Made by a program: the position numbers and the translations under genes. Shown here piece by piece: positions 36,545-46,484 of a stretch of 64,000 nt of DNA (positions are counted from its first letter, which is position 1; the number at the start of each line of letters is the position of its first letter). Location: assembly GCA_963779415.1 (NCBI GenBank), contig CAVZYA010000001.1, positions 1,344,001 through 1,408,000 of the forward strand, in the 5' to 3' direction. Under the pieces are notes generated by a model. That model worked only from the letters and a program-made list of their open reading frames with translations, was not told where the DNA came from and searched no databases. This stretch comes from an uncultured Acidobacteriota bacterium. GTDB lineage: Bacteria; Acidobacteriota; Thermoanaerobaculia; UBA5066.

Positions 36545-37741
36545 ATGCAGCCAGAGCCGATGGACGCGCACGCTTCTGGACCGCAGGGATGGGTGCTCTA
36601 CGACGGCGGCTGCGGCGTCTGCGCGAGGTGGGTTCCGTTCTGGGGGCCCACGCTGGGACGGCTCGGCCTCGCCGTCGCGCCGCTCCAGGAGCCGTGGGTG
36701 GCCGCCCGGGTCGGCGTCCCGCCCGACGCCCTGCTGACAGACATCCGGCTCCTGTTCCGCGATGGTCGGCAGCTCGCGGGCGCCGATGTCTATCGGTACG
36801 TGATGCGGCGACTCTGGTGGGCCACACCGCTCTACCTCCTGGCCGCCGCGCCCTGCCTCCGCCAGCTCTTCGACGGCGCGTACCGGGCCTTCGCCGACCA
36901 CCGGCACCGGATTTCCAGGGCCTGCGGCCTGGGTCCGGAGGCGCACGAAGCGTCGGATTCGCCGGTCCGTGGTGTCGTTTCCTTACCGTATCGAAGGGCA
37001 TTTCTCACCGCCGAGTGGCGCTACCTCGTCATGCTGAACTACGAGGTGGATCCCCGAATTCTCGAGCCGCTCGTCCCGATTGGCACTGTGCTCGACCTGT
37101 GGCAGGGGCGGGCGCTCGTCAGCGTAGTGGGATTCAGGTTTCTGAGGGCGCGCCTTTTCGGTGTCGCGGTTCCTTTTCACCGGAGTTTCGACGAGGTAAA
37201 CCTCCGTTTCTACGTCCGGCGCCATCTCATGGAGGACGAAGTGCGCCGCGGCGTCGTCTTCGTGCGCGAGTTCGTGCCGCGCTCGGCCGTCGCGCTCCTC
37301 GCGCGGCTCGCCTACAACGAGCCGTATCGTGTCGTCCCGATGCGAAGCACGCTTCCGGAAGCGACGGTCGAAGCCTCTGGGCGGATCGCTTATGAATGGC
37401 GGACCGGGGAGAGCTGGGAACGCCTCGGCGCGGTCGCCACAGGTGCGGGCACGGTTCCGGCGCCGGAGTCGGAGGCGGCTTTCATTACCGGACACTATTG
37501 GGGCTACACGCGGCAGCGCGACGGGGGGACCGTCGAGTACGAAGTGGCGCATCCCGCATGGCGCGTCTGGAAGGCGGAGCGTCCGGAGCTTTCCGCCGAG
37601 CACCTCGGGCTTTTTGGCGACCCCTTCGCCCGGTCCCTCTCAGGGCCGCCAGTCTCGGCTTTCGTCGCCGACGGCTCGGCCGTCGTCGTCTATCCGCCGC
37701 GACGGTTGACATGCGGCGTGGATCGCACTGGCCGAACCTGA
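36545..37741 (+). CDS. DCC1-like thiol-disulfide oxidoreductase fused to DUF2071 (YqjF)
   Basis: YDGGCGVC (DxxCxxC); then FLTAEWRYL, FDEVNLRFYVR, FITGHYWGY, YEVAHP. Confidence 0.8.
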   Translation: MQPEPMDAHASGPQGWVLYDGGCGVCARWVPFWGPTLGRLGLAVAPLQEPWVAARVGVPPDALLTDIRLLFRDGRQLAGADVYRYVMRRLWWATPLYLLAAAPCLRQLFDGAYRAFADHRHRISRACGLGPEAHEASDSPVRGVVSLPYRRAFLTAEWRYLVMLNYEVDPRILEPLVPIGTVLDLWQGRALVSVVGFRFLRARLFGVAVPFHRSFDEVNLRFYVRRHLMEDEVRRGVVFVREFVPRSAVALLARLAYNEPYRVVPMRSTLPEATVEASGRIAYEWRTGESWERLGAVATGAGTVPAPESEAAFITGHYWGYTRQRDGGTVEYEVAHPAWRVWKAERPELSAEHLGLFGDPFARSLSGPPVSAFVADGSAVVVYPPRRLTCGVDRTGRT

Positions 37742-37777
37742 CGCCGTGGCCAGGTCGCGTCCGTTCTCTTCGCCGCG

Positions 37778-38485
37778 TCACAACCCCAGGTAAGCCTCGC
37801 GGACGCGCTGGTTTTCGAGAAGCTCCGCGCCGGTGCCGGAGAGGACGACGCGCCCCGACTCGAGGACGAAGCCCCGGTGGGCGATGCGGAGGGCATGCTC
37901 GGTGTTCTGCTCCACGAGAAGCACCGTCACCCCCTGGCGGTTGATCTCCTCCACGACCTGGAACATCTCCTCTACGAGCACCGGCGCCAGCCCCAGGCTC
38001 GGCTCGTCGAGCATCAGGATCCGGGGCCCCGCCATCAGGCCGCGGCCGATGGCCACCATCTGCTGCTCGCCCCCCGAGAGGGTCCCGGCCATCTGCCCCT
38101 GCCGCTCGCGGAGCTTCGGGAAGATGCCGAAGACAGTCTCCAGCCGCTCCGCCTGACGGGTCCGCGCCGAGGCGTGGAAGCCCCCGAGGAGGAGGTTGTC
38201 CCGCACCGTCATCTCGGGAAAGAGCTTTCTCCCCTCGGGAACGTGGATGACGCCCCGCTCGACGATCTCCATCGTGGAGCGGCTCTCCAGCGGATCTCCT
38301 TCCAGCCGGATCGTCCCGCCCTCGGGTTTGAGGAGCCCCGAAATCGCCTTCAGCGTCGTCGTCTTCCCCGCTCCGTTCGCGCCGACGAGCGCCACGATCT
38401 CGCCGGGCTGGACATCGAAGCCGACGTCCCAGAGGGCGGTGACCTGCCCGTAGCGGACCTTCAGCCCCTCGACGTGCAGCATCAC
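37778..38485 (-). CDS. livF: Branched-chain amino acid ABC transporter ATPase
   Basis: GANGAGKT, LSGGEQQM, LDEPSLGLAP, VEQN. Confidence 0.9.
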   Translation of the reverse strand: MMLHVEGLKVRYGQVTALWDVGFDVQPGEIVALVGANGAGKTTTLKAISGLLKPEGGTIRLEGDPLESRSTMEIVERGVIHVPEGRKLFPEMTVRDNLLLGGFHASARTRQAERLETVFGIFPKLRERQGQMAGTLSGGEQQMVAIGRGLMAGPRILMLDEPSLGLAPVLVEEMFQVVEEINRQGVTVLLVEQNTEHALRIAHRGFVLESGRVVLSGTGAELLENQRVREAYLGL

Positions 38486-40164
38486 GCCACCCGTTTCCCG
38501 AAGTAGGCGGCCAGGACCGCGGGCTCCTCCACGACGCGAGCCGGGAGCCCCTCCGCGATCTTCTCCCCCTGGTTGATCACGACCACGCGGTCGCTGATCC
38601 GCATGATCGCCTTCATGACGTGCTCCACCAGGACGATCGTCACGCCCGATGCGCGGATCCGATTGACGAGATCCGAGGCCACGTCGACTTCCGTGGCGTT
38701 CAGCCCCCCCATCGGCTCGTCCAGGAGCAGGAGGCGGGGCCCCGTGGCCAGCGCCTTGGCCATCTCGAGGCGTTTCTGGTCCATCAGCGTCAGCCGGCTC
38801 GCGATCTCGTCCGATCGGTCCGCGAGGCCGACCCGAGCCAGCACCGCCGTGGCGGCCGCTTCGGCGTCACTTCGAGCCGGGTGGCGAAGAAAGGCGGCCA
38901 GCGTCACGTTCTCCAGCGCCGAAAGGCCGGGGAACGGCTGGACGATCTGGAACGTCCGGGCGATTCCCCTCCGCGCCACCGCGTGAGGCCGCATCCCCAC
39001 GACGCTCTGCCCGTCGAGCCGGATCGCTCCCGCGTGGGGGCGGATGAAGCCGGTGACGAGGTTGAAGACCGTCGTCTTCCCGGAGCCGTTCGGCCCGATG
39101 AGCCCCAGGATCTCCCCGTCGGTCACCAAGAAAGAGAGATCGGAGACGGCGCGTACGCCGCCGAAGTGTCGGGTCAGGCCCTGAACCTCGAGCAGCGCCA
39201 CGTCAGGCTCCCGCCTCGGAAGGCCGGTGGCGAGCCGGCGGACGCGGCCCCAGATCCCTTCCGGCATGAACCGGATCACCAGCATCATGAAGAGGCCATA
39301 GAGGATGAGATGGCCCATCGGGAAGCGGTCCCGGACCAGCTCGGCGACCGTCGTGAGGAAGACGGCGCCGACCAGCGGGCCGCCCACCGTTCCGAGCCCC
39401 CCGACGACCGCGATGAAGACCATCTCCATCGAGAGCCCGATGCCGGCGACGGCGTCCGGGTCGACGTACCGGAAGTAGAACGCGTAGAAGCCGCCCCCCA
39501 TGCCGGCAAGGAAAGCGGAAAGCGCCAGCGTGACGACCTTGGCACGGACCGTGTCGATCCCCACCGCCTCGGCGGCGTCCTCGTTCTCGCGGATGGCGAC
39601 GAGGTACGCGCCGAGCCGCGAGCGGCGCAGCCATCCGGTCGCGAGGAGGGCCACGACCGCGAGGAGCGCGGCCGCCACGTAAAAGGGGGTCTGCCCCTCC
39701 CAGTTCACCGCCAGGCCGAAGAGACGCACCGGCGGAAGCGTCGTGATGAGGTAGCCGACGGACCCAGCCGTGACGGATTCCCAGTTCAACGCCACGAGCT
39801 TGACGATCTCCGCCACCGCCAGAGTGGCGAGAGCGAAGTACGGGCCGCGCAGCCGGAAACAGAGGAGGCCGATCGGGACCGAGACGAGGGCCGCCATGAG
39901 GCCCCCGAGGGGAATTCCCCACCACGGCGCGAGGCCGCCCTTCAGGAAAAGGATGATCGTCGTGTAGGCACCTACCGCGAAGAGCGCGGCGTGCCCGAAC
40001 GAGACCTGTCCGGCGAAACCGCCGAGGACGTTCCAGGCCGCGCCGAGGAGCGTCCACATCAGGATGAGGATGCAGACGTGAAGGAAGAACGAGTTCCGGA
40101 TGGAAAGTGGAATGGCGACGAGGACGGCGACGCCCGCGAGCGCGGGCAGGAACCGGCGCGTCAC
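38482..40164 (-). CDS. LivM permease and LivG ATPase in one reading frame (possible internal GTG start near 39202)
   Basis: GQVSFGHA, RLRGPYFALATL, AIRENE; then GPNGSGKT, LLLDEP, VEH. Confidence 0.85.
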   Translation of the reverse strand: MTRRFLPALAGVAVLVAIPLSIRNSFFLHVCILILMWTLLGAAWNVLGGFAGQVSFGHAALFAVGAYTTIILFLKGGLAPWWGIPLGGLMAALVSVPIGLLCFRLRGPYFALATLAVAEIVKLVALNWESVTAGSVGYLITTLPPVRLFGLAVNWEGQTPFYVAAALLAVVALLATGWLRRSRLGAYLVAIRENEDAAEAVGIDTVRAKVVTLALSAFLAGMGGGFYAFYFRYVDPDAVAGIGLSMEMVFIAVVGGLGTVGGPLVGAVFLTTVAELVRDRFPMGHLILYGLFMMLVIRFMPEGIWGRVRRLATGLPRREPDVALLEVQGLTRHFGGVRAVSDLSFLVTDGEILGLIGPNGSGKTTVFNLVTGFIRPHAGAIRLDGQSVVGMRPHAVARRGIARTFQIVQPFPGLSALENVTLAAFLRHPARSDAEAAATAVLARVGLADRSDEIASRLTLMDQKRLEMAKALATGPRLLLLDEPMGGLNATEVDVASDLVNRIRASGVTIVLVEHVMKAIMRISDRVVVINQGEKIAEGLPARVVEEPAVLAAYFGKRVA

Positions 40165-41024
40165 TTCCCCGTCCCAAAGAGCCCCGACGGCCGGTAGAGG
40201 AGGACGGCCAGGAAGAGAACGAAGCCGATCCCGTCCTTGTAGGTGCCGGAAACGTAGACCGCGCCGAGCGACTCGACGACGCCGAGGAGGATCCCTCCCG
40301 CGATGGCTCCCGGGACCGATCCGAGACCCCCGAGCACCACGATGACGAAGCACTTGACGATGAGCAGCTCCCCCACCGTCGGGTAGAGGTAGAGCGACGG
40401 GGCGAGAAGAACGCCTGCGGCGCCCGCCAGCGCCGTCCCGAGGCCGAACGTGACCATCGACACGCGCTCCACGTCGATTCCCATCAGGACGGCCGCCTCG
40501 GCGCTCTGGCTCGTGGCGCGGATGGCACGTCCCAGATCGGTCCGCGAAAGGAAGAGCCAGAGCGCCACCGTGACGAGGATGGCCAGGACGAACGCGATGG
40601 CGAGCGGAACGGCGATAACGATCCCCAGCGGGCGGAGCGGTGTGATCCCGTACGACAGGGAGATCGTCCGGTAGTCGCCGGTCCAGACGAAGAGGGCGAG
40701 GTTGGCGATGAGAAGCGACAGGCCGGCCGTGTAGAGGAGGGTGTTCAGCTCTCCGCCGGGAATGATCTTCCGGAGGAGAAACCGGTAGACGAGAGTCCCG
40801 AGAAGGAACATGAGAGGGGTCCAGACGAGGATCGAGACGAAGGGGTCCAACTTCCAGAGCGCCTGGCCCCAGAAGGCCCCGAACATCCCCAGCATCACCA
40901 TCTCGCCGTGGGCGAGGTTGATGATCCGCATCACCCCGAAGACCACGGTGAGCCCGATGCCGATCATGGCGTAGAGGGCCCCCGTCAGGACCCCGCTCAC
41001 CAGGCTCTGGGCAAACGTCTCCAT
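40161..41024 (-). CDS. livH: Branched-chain amino acid ABC transporter permease
   Basis: GVMRIINLAHGE, GRAIRA, VLGGLGS. Confidence 0.9.
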   Translation of the reverse strand: METFAQSLVSGVLTGALYAMIGIGLTVVFGVMRIINLAHGEMVMLGMFGAFWGQALWKLDPFVSILVWTPLMFLLGTLVYRFLLRKIIPGGELNTLLYTAGLSLLIANLALFVWTGDYRTISLSYGITPLRPLGIVIAVPLAIAFVLAILVTVALWLFLSRTDLGRAIRATSQSAEAAVLMGIDVERVSMVTFGLGTALAGAAGVLLAPSLYLYPTVGELLIVKCFVIVVLGGLGSVPGAIAGGILLGVVESLGAVYVSGTYKDGIGFVLFLAVLLYRPSGLFGTGK

Positions 41025-41073
41025 CAGGTCAGGGTCGCCGGCCCGTCCCGCCGAAGACCGGCGGGCCCTGCCG

Positions 41074-42300
41074 CTACTTCTTCACCGGCTCGGGAAAGAC
41101 GAGCGCCGTTTCGGCGTAAGCCTTGGGCCAGACGTTCAGAAGCTGGCCACCTCTCCACTGGGCCATGACCGTCTGCCCCGGCGAGTAGATGTTCTGGTTC
41201 GTGTAGGCGTCGCCCATCGGGCCGGTCCAGTTTCCGAACTTCACCTTGCCGAAGACGGTCGTCATGTCGGTGGCGAGAAGGGCCTTGCGAATCGCCTCGC
41301 GGTCGGCGTCGAGATTGCCGGTCAGCTTTGCCCGCTTGATCGCGTCGGCCAGGATGTAGATGGCCGAGTACCCCTCCACCTCGTGCTCGTGCGGCCAGAT
41401 GTTGTACTTGGCATGGAACTTCTCGTAGAAGGCCTTCGTTCTCGGATCGTTCGGATTCCCGGACCAGGCGGCCGAGGAGAAGACGTTCTCGGCCTGGGGG
41501 CCGAGCTGGGAGGCGAAATCGGAGACGCCGAAGCCGCCGCCGAAGCCGACGAAAGCGCGCGGGGTGAGCCCCATCTCCTTGGCGTGGCGGGTGAGAAGGA
41601 TGGCGTCGGTGGTGGCCACCGCCACCATCAGGACGTAGTCCGGATTCGTCGCTTTCACCTTCGTCATGGTCGGCTTGAAGTCGAGCGTGTTGACCGGATA
41701 GGCCTCATCGGCCACGACGGGGACGTTCTTCGACTTCAGGATCTGGATCACCGCGCCGCCGATCGTCTTCCCGAAGAGCGTGTTGTCGTAGATGACGGCC
41801 GCCGACTTCGGCAACGCGCCCGGGTAGTTCGAGATGAAGTCCGAGAACGCCGCCGGGTAGATCGACCCGGTCGGGTTGTTGCGGAAGACCCATTCGAACC
41901 CCTTGGCCGTGATCATGTCGGCGGACGGGTGGTCGACGAGGTACGGGGTCTTGAGGCGCTGGCAGACGGAGGCGACCTCCATCGCCTGGCCGGACCCGCG
42001 CCCACCGGTCATCGCCAAGACCTTCTCCTGGGTGATCAGCTTCTCAGCCACCGTGGCCGCGAGCTGGTTCTTGGCCTGGTGGTCCTCGATGAGGATCTCC
42101 AGCTTCCGGCCGTTGATCCCTCCGGCCGCGTTGATCTCCTCCAGGGCCATCGTGTAGGCCTTCTTGAACTTGTCGCCGAACGGGGCGTCGGGCCCGGTCA
42201 TCGGCTGGGGGGCTCCGATCTTGATCGGCTGCGCCAGCAGGGACGTCGACGCCAGGACACCCAGGAACGTCAGAGCCGAGGACACGAGTCTGCGCATCAC
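41074..42300 (-). CDS. ABC substrate-binding protein (LivK/PBP1 type)
   Basis: Signal peptide, IKIGAPQPMTG, EINAAGGINGR. Confidence 0.9.
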   Translation of the reverse strand: MMRRLVSSALTFLGVLASTSLLAQPIKIGAPQPMTGPDAPFGDKFKKAYTMALEEINAAGGINGRKLEILIEDHQAKNQLAATVAEKLITQEKVLAMTGGRGSGQAMEVASVCQRLKTPYLVDHPSADMITAKGFEWVFRNNPTGSIYPAAFSDFISNYPGALPKSAAVIYDNTLFGKTIGGAVIQILKSKNVPVVADEAYPVNTLDFKPTMTKVKATNPDYVLMVAVATTDAILLTRHAKEMGLTPRAFVGFGGGFGVSDFASQLGPQAENVFSSAAWSGNPNDPRTKAFYEKFHAKYNIWPHEHEVEGYSAIYILADAIKRAKLTGNLDADREAIRKALLATDMTTVFGKVKFGNWTGPMGDAYTNQNIYSPGQTVMAQWRGGQLLNVWPKAYAETALVFPEPVKK

Positions 42301-42336
42301 GTTCTCCCTCTCCCTTTATTCGATTTCGCCGCCGCT

Positions 42337-43848
42337 TCAGCCGAGCGTCGGCATGGTGAAGCCGGCCTTCCCCTTCTCCTCGGGCTCGGGCCAGCGTGTG
42401 GTGACGGCCTTCGTTCGCGTGTAGAACTTGACCCCTTCCCTGCCATGGACGTGGAGATCACCAAAGAGAGACTGCTTCCACCCGCCGAACGAGTAGAAAG
42501 CCATCGGGACGGGGATCGGGACGTTGATCCCCACCATCCCGACCTCGACCTCGTGCTCGAAGGTCCGGGCGGCATGGCCGGAATTCGTGAAGATCGCCGT
42601 CCCGTTGCCGTAGGGGTTTCCATTCACGATGGCGATTGCCTCATCCAGCGTGCGTGCCCGGAGGACCACGAGCACCGGCCCGAAGATCTCCTCACGGTAG
42701 ACGGTCATCGACGGCGTCACCTGGTCGAAGAGCGTCGGCCCGAGGAAGAAGCCTTTCTCCGAGCCGGGGACCTTCAGGCCACGCCCGTCGAGGACCGGCT
42801 TCGCCCCCTCGAGGACCCCTTTCTCGATCAGCCCGCGGACCCGGTCGCGGTGAGCGGGGGTGACGAGAGGCCCCATCTCCACGCCCGCCTCGGTGCCGGG
42901 GCCGACCTTCAGGGCTTCTGCTTTCTGTTTCAGCCGATCCACGAGGCGGTCGCCGATCTCTCCCACCGCCACCACCGCCGAGATCGCCATGCAGCGCTCC
43001 CCGGCGGAGCCGTACGCCGCGCCGATGAGCGCGTTGACCGTGAACTCCAGCTCGCAGTCCGGCAGGACGACGGCGTGATTCTTCGCCCCCGCGAGGGCCT
43101 GAACGCGCTTGCCCGAGCGGGCGGACGTCTCGTAGACGTGTCGCGCGATCGGCGTCGAGCCGACGAACGACACCGCATTCACGCCGGGGTGGCCGAGGAG
43201 GGCGTTCACCGTCTCGCCGTCCCCCATCAGGACGTTCAGAACGCCGTCCGGCAGGCCCGCTTCGTGGAAGAGCTTCGCGAGGAGAAGCGAACAGGACGGA
43301 TCCTTCTCCGAGGGCTTCAGGACGAAGGTGTTCCCGCAGGCGACGGCCACCGGGAACATCCACATCGGCACCATCGCCGGGAAGTTGAAGGGGGTGATGC
43401 CGGCGCAGACGCCGACGGGCTGGAGGACCGAGTGGCTGTCGACACCGCCGGCCACGTCCTCGGACTGCTCCCCTTTCAGGAGGTGCGGGATACCCTCGGC
43501 GAACTCCACCACCTCGATTCCGCGCTGAAGGGAGCCGGCCGCGTCGGGGAGCGTCTTGCCGTGCTCCTCGGTGATCAGGCTCGTCAGCTCCGACCGGTGC
43601 GCCTCGAGCAGCTCGCGGTAACGGGCCAAGATCCGGGCGCGGCGAAGGGGCGGCGTCCCTCTCCAGCCGGGAAGCGCCGCATGGGCCGCGGCCACGGCGC
43701 GATCGACGTCGGTGGGGCCGGCGAAGAAGACGCGGCGGATGACCTGGCCCCGCGCCGGGTCGAAGACGTCGCCGATCCGGCCGCTCGTCCCTGAGACCTC
43801 TTTGCCGCCGATCCAGAACGGAAGGACGGGTGCGGTCATTACGCTCAT
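42337..43848 (-). CDS. mmsA: CoA-acylating methylmalonate-semialdehyde dehydrogenase
   Basis: ITPFNFPAMVPMW, SFVGST, GAKNH, GSAGERCMA, FGGWKQSLFGD. Confidence 0.92.
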   Translation of the reverse strand: MSVMTAPVLPFWIGGKEVSGTSGRIGDVFDPARGQVIRRVFFAGPTDVDRAVAAAHAALPGWRGTPPLRRARILARYRELLEAHRSELTSLITEEHGKTLPDAAGSLQRGIEVVEFAEGIPHLLKGEQSEDVAGGVDSHSVLQPVGVCAGITPFNFPAMVPMWMFPVAVACGNTFVLKPSEKDPSCSLLLAKLFHEAGLPDGVLNVLMGDGETVNALLGHPGVNAVSFVGSTPIARHVYETSARSGKRVQALAGAKNHAVVLPDCELEFTVNALIGAAYGSAGERCMAISAVVAVGEIGDRLVDRLKQKAEALKVGPGTEAGVEMGPLVTPAHRDRVRGLIEKGVLEGAKPVLDGRGLKVPGSEKGFFLGPTLFDQVTPSMTVYREEIFGPVLVVLRARTLDEAIAIVNGNPYGNGTAIFTNSGHAARTFEHEVEVGMVGINVPIPVPMAFYSFGGWKQSLFGDLHVHGREGVKFYTRTKAVTTRWPEPEEKGKAGFTMPTLG

Positions 43849-43953
43849 GACGCTCTCCCCATTTCAGGCCCTGTCAGCGGCGATCCCCGGTCGGAATGTT
43901 CGCTGCGCGTAATCCCGGGCCGCCGTGATCGTTTCGATGCCAAAGCGGAGCGC

Positions 43954-43980
43954 ATTCTACCCCGCCCGATGGAGGGTCAA
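43954..43980 (-). promoter_or_regulatory. Possible sigma-70 promoter TTGACC-N15-TAGAAT for the mmsA-liv operon
   Basis: Good hexamers but a short 15-nt spacer. Confidence 0.35.
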
Positions 43981-44011
43981 TCCCGGCCCACACGGCCACG
44001 TCGCCCACGGT

Positions 44012-44040
44012 GGGGTCGCGTCTCAATTATCTATTATAGT
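44012..44040 (+). repeat. Variant transposon end GGGGTCGCGTCT followed by an AT-rich tract
   Basis: 10/12 match to GGGGTCAGGTCT at 46485, same orientation, just past the kinase stop. Confidence 0.6.
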
Positions 44041-44054
44041 CACGTCGCAGGAAG

Positions 44055-46463
44055 CTATCGAGACGCGGCGCGGCGCTCCAGAAACGCCTTCTGCTTCCGG
44101 ATCGCCTCGGCCCGGATCGCCGCGAACTCGGGGGCCTTCCGGATGCCGTCGAAGAGCGGGTCGTTGTCCATGGCCGGATGGCAGAGATAGTTGCCTTCTA
44201 CGGCCCTGTTCAGCAAGCGCAGGGCCGCCTCGCCGTAGCCGCCGACGGCGAGGAAGCTCGCGCCGAAGTAATTCGGCTCCGGATCACGAATGGCGCTGAA
44301 CTGCGTCTCGACGCTCTCGGCCACGCGGTCTCGATCGGATCGAGAGCCGGTCCCGAGGATCAGCGTGGAGAATTCAAAGAAAGTGAACTCCGTTCCCTTT
44401 CCCTTACCCCTGGCGACCGCCTCGGCGATCCGGCCCTCCCTGAGCAGCAGATCCGCCTCGGCGCTTGCGGACCAGTCGGATCCGGCGTCGGGACGGAGAA
44501 AATCCCGGGCCCGGTCGTATCTGTTCAATTGCATGAACGTGATGTAACAGCCGCGGTAGTCGCGGCTCCGGGGGTCCACGGCGAGGGCCGCGTCACATTC
44601 CCGCGCGGACTCATCGAGCAGGCCGGCGTAGCGCAACACGTAGCCGAGCGTGAAGTGGGCATGCGCGCTCTCTGGACGCCGGCGGACGAGGTCGGCGGCG
44701 CGGGTATAAGCGTCCGAAAGCTCTCCCCCCTCGACCTGATCGATCGCGAGGTTGTCCGCGGCAGTGACGAGATTCGGATCGAGCGAGAGAGCCCGTTCCA
44801 ATGCCTCCCGGGAACGCTGCCGGGCGGCAGCGCCGCCTTTTCCGTAGTCCGCGTCGAGGAAATAGCGATACCCGAGCTCGTTCCAGGCTGGAGCGTACGT
44901 CGCGTCGAGCGCCACGGACTTTTCGAGAAGGGAGATGGCCTCCTTGTTGGGGAGGGGATCCCGCCCGATCGCGGTGCCCCGGAGATAGAGTTCGTAGGCT
45001 TCCGGGTTCCTGGGGCGTGTGGCCGCCTCCACCCCCCCGCCGGTGGCGCCGAGCAGCGGGAAGAGCCCCGACCTGAGCCGTTGTGAGATCTGCTCCTTGA
45101 GGGCGATCAGGTCGGTCGCGGCCGCGTTCGACGTGTCGCGCCAGAGGAGGCGGTTCGATTCGGTGTCCACGACCTCGAGGGTCACCTGCAGCTGGTCCCC
45201 CTCCCTGAGGAAGTGCCCGGTCAGAACGTCGGCGACCTGAAGCTCCCGCCCGGCCGCCTGCGGATCGACGTCGGGCTTCGCGTATTTCCGGCTGGAGGCG
45301 AAGGGGCGGATCGCGAGCTTCGGAATGTACGAGAGCGTGGTCGCGACCTCGTCGGCAAGGGCGAGGCGGAGATAGTCGGTCGAGGCGTCGGCGCTCAGGT
45401 TCTGGAACGGGAGGACGGCCAAGGTGACCTGACCGCGAGGGGCGGGAACGCTCCCTCGCCGATGGGCGAACCACCAGCCGGCGATGGCCGAAAGGCCGAG
45501 GATCACGACGCCGGCGAGGGCCGGCCGCACCCATGGGCGACGACGAACGGCAACTTCCGGAGCGGCGATTTTCTGGGCGGCGCTCGCACGGCCCGATTCG
45601 GAGTCGCGCTTCAGGCGCTTCAGGTCTTTCCTGATCTCGGACGCGCTCTGGTACCGCAGCTCCCGGTCCTTCTCGAGGGCCGTGCTCACGATTCTCGAAA
45701 ACTCCTCCGGAAGCTCGGGGTTCAGCCGCACGGGCGGCGTCGGGGCGCGGTTGAGAATCGCATCGAAGATGACGGCGGAAGCGTGGCCGGGGAACGGCTG
45801 CCGGCCGGTTGCCATCTCGTAGAGGACGGCGCCGAAAGAGAAGAGGTCGGTCCGCGGATCGAGCGCCTCTCCGCGCGCCTGCTCGGGGGACATGTAGGCC
45901 ACGGTGCCGAGGGTCGTGCCCGGGCTCGTGAGGTGCACTTCGGCGGCGGCGGTCGCGAGTGCCGAGGCCACGGGGGCCGGGGCGGCCTCGGCCGCGGAGA
46001 GCTTCGCCAGGCCGAAGTCGAGGAGCTTCGCCTCGCCGCGCCGCGTCACGAAGACGTTCGCCGGCTTGATGTCGCGGTGCACGATGTTGCGATCGTGCGC
46101 GGCCTGGAGCGCGTCGGCGATCTGGATCGCGAGATCGAGCAGGACGCCGGGCGGGAGCGCCCCCGCGGCGAGGCGGTCGCGAAGCGTCTCTCCCTCGAGG
46201 AGCTCCATGGCAATGAAAGGACGCCCTTCGTGCTCGTCGACGTCGAAAATCGTGCAGATGTTCGGGTGCGAAAGGGACGAGGCGGCACGCGCCTCCCTCC
46301 GCATCCGTTCCAGCGCCTGCGGTTCGTGCGGGAGGTCATCCGGGAGGAACTTCAACGCGACGCGACGGCCGAGCTTCTGATCCTCCGCCGCGTAGACCAC
46401 CCCCATGCCGCCTCCTCCGAGCTTCTCCAGGATGCGGTAATGGGAAATCGTCTTACCGGTCAT
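44055..46463 (-). CDS. Ser/Thr protein kinase with TM, TolB_N-like and TPR domains
   Basis: [49 protein letters not shown]. Confidence 0.95.
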   Translation of the reverse strand: MTGKTISHYRILEKLGGGGMGVVYAAEDQKLGRRVALKFLPDDLPHEPQALERMRREARAASSLSHPNICTIFDVDEHEGRPFIAMELLEGETLRDRLAAGALPPGVLLDLAIQIADALQAAHDRNIVHRDIKPANVFVTRRGEAKLLDFGLAKLSAAEAAPAPVASALATAAAEVHLTSPGTTLGTVAYMSPEQARGEALDPRTDLFSFGAVLYEMATGRQPFPGHASAVIFDAILNRAPTPPVRLNPELPEEFSRIVSTALEKDRELRYQSASEIRKDLKRLKRDSESGRASAAQKIAAPEVAVRRRPWVRPALAGVVILGLSAIAGWWFAHRRGSVPAPRGQVTLAVLPFQNLSADASTDYLRLALADEVATTLSYIPKLAIRPFASSRKYAKPDVDPQAAGRELQVADVLTGHFLREGDQLQVTLEVVDTESNRLLWRDTSNAAATDLIALKEQISQRLRSGLFPLLGATGGGVEAATRPRNPEAYELYLRGTAIGRDPLPNKEAISLLEKSVALDATYAPAWNELGYRYFLDADYGKGGAAARQRSREALERALSLDPNLVTAADNLAIDQVEGGELSDAYTRAADLVRRRPESAHAHFTLGYVLRYAGLLDESARECDAALAVDPRSRDYRGCYITFMQLNRYDRARDFLRPDAGSDWSASAEADLLLREGRIAEAVARGKGKGTEFTFFEFSTLILGTGSRSDRDRVAESVETQFSAIRDPEPNYFGASFLAVGGYGEAALRLLNRAVEGNYLCHPAMDNDPLFDGIRKAPEFAAIRAEAIRKQKAFLERRAASR

Positions 46464-46484
46464 GAAGACGATCCCTTGGCTACA

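Noticed and set aside
43850-43950. Riboswitch in the mmsA leader
   Set aside because: GC-rich pairing is possible, but I recognised no known aptamer consensus; an Rfam/Infernal scan would be needed.
43974-43980. GGGTCAA as another transposon end
   Set aside because: Equally well explained as the -35 box (TTGACC) of the mmsA promoter; a hexamer alone is not significant.
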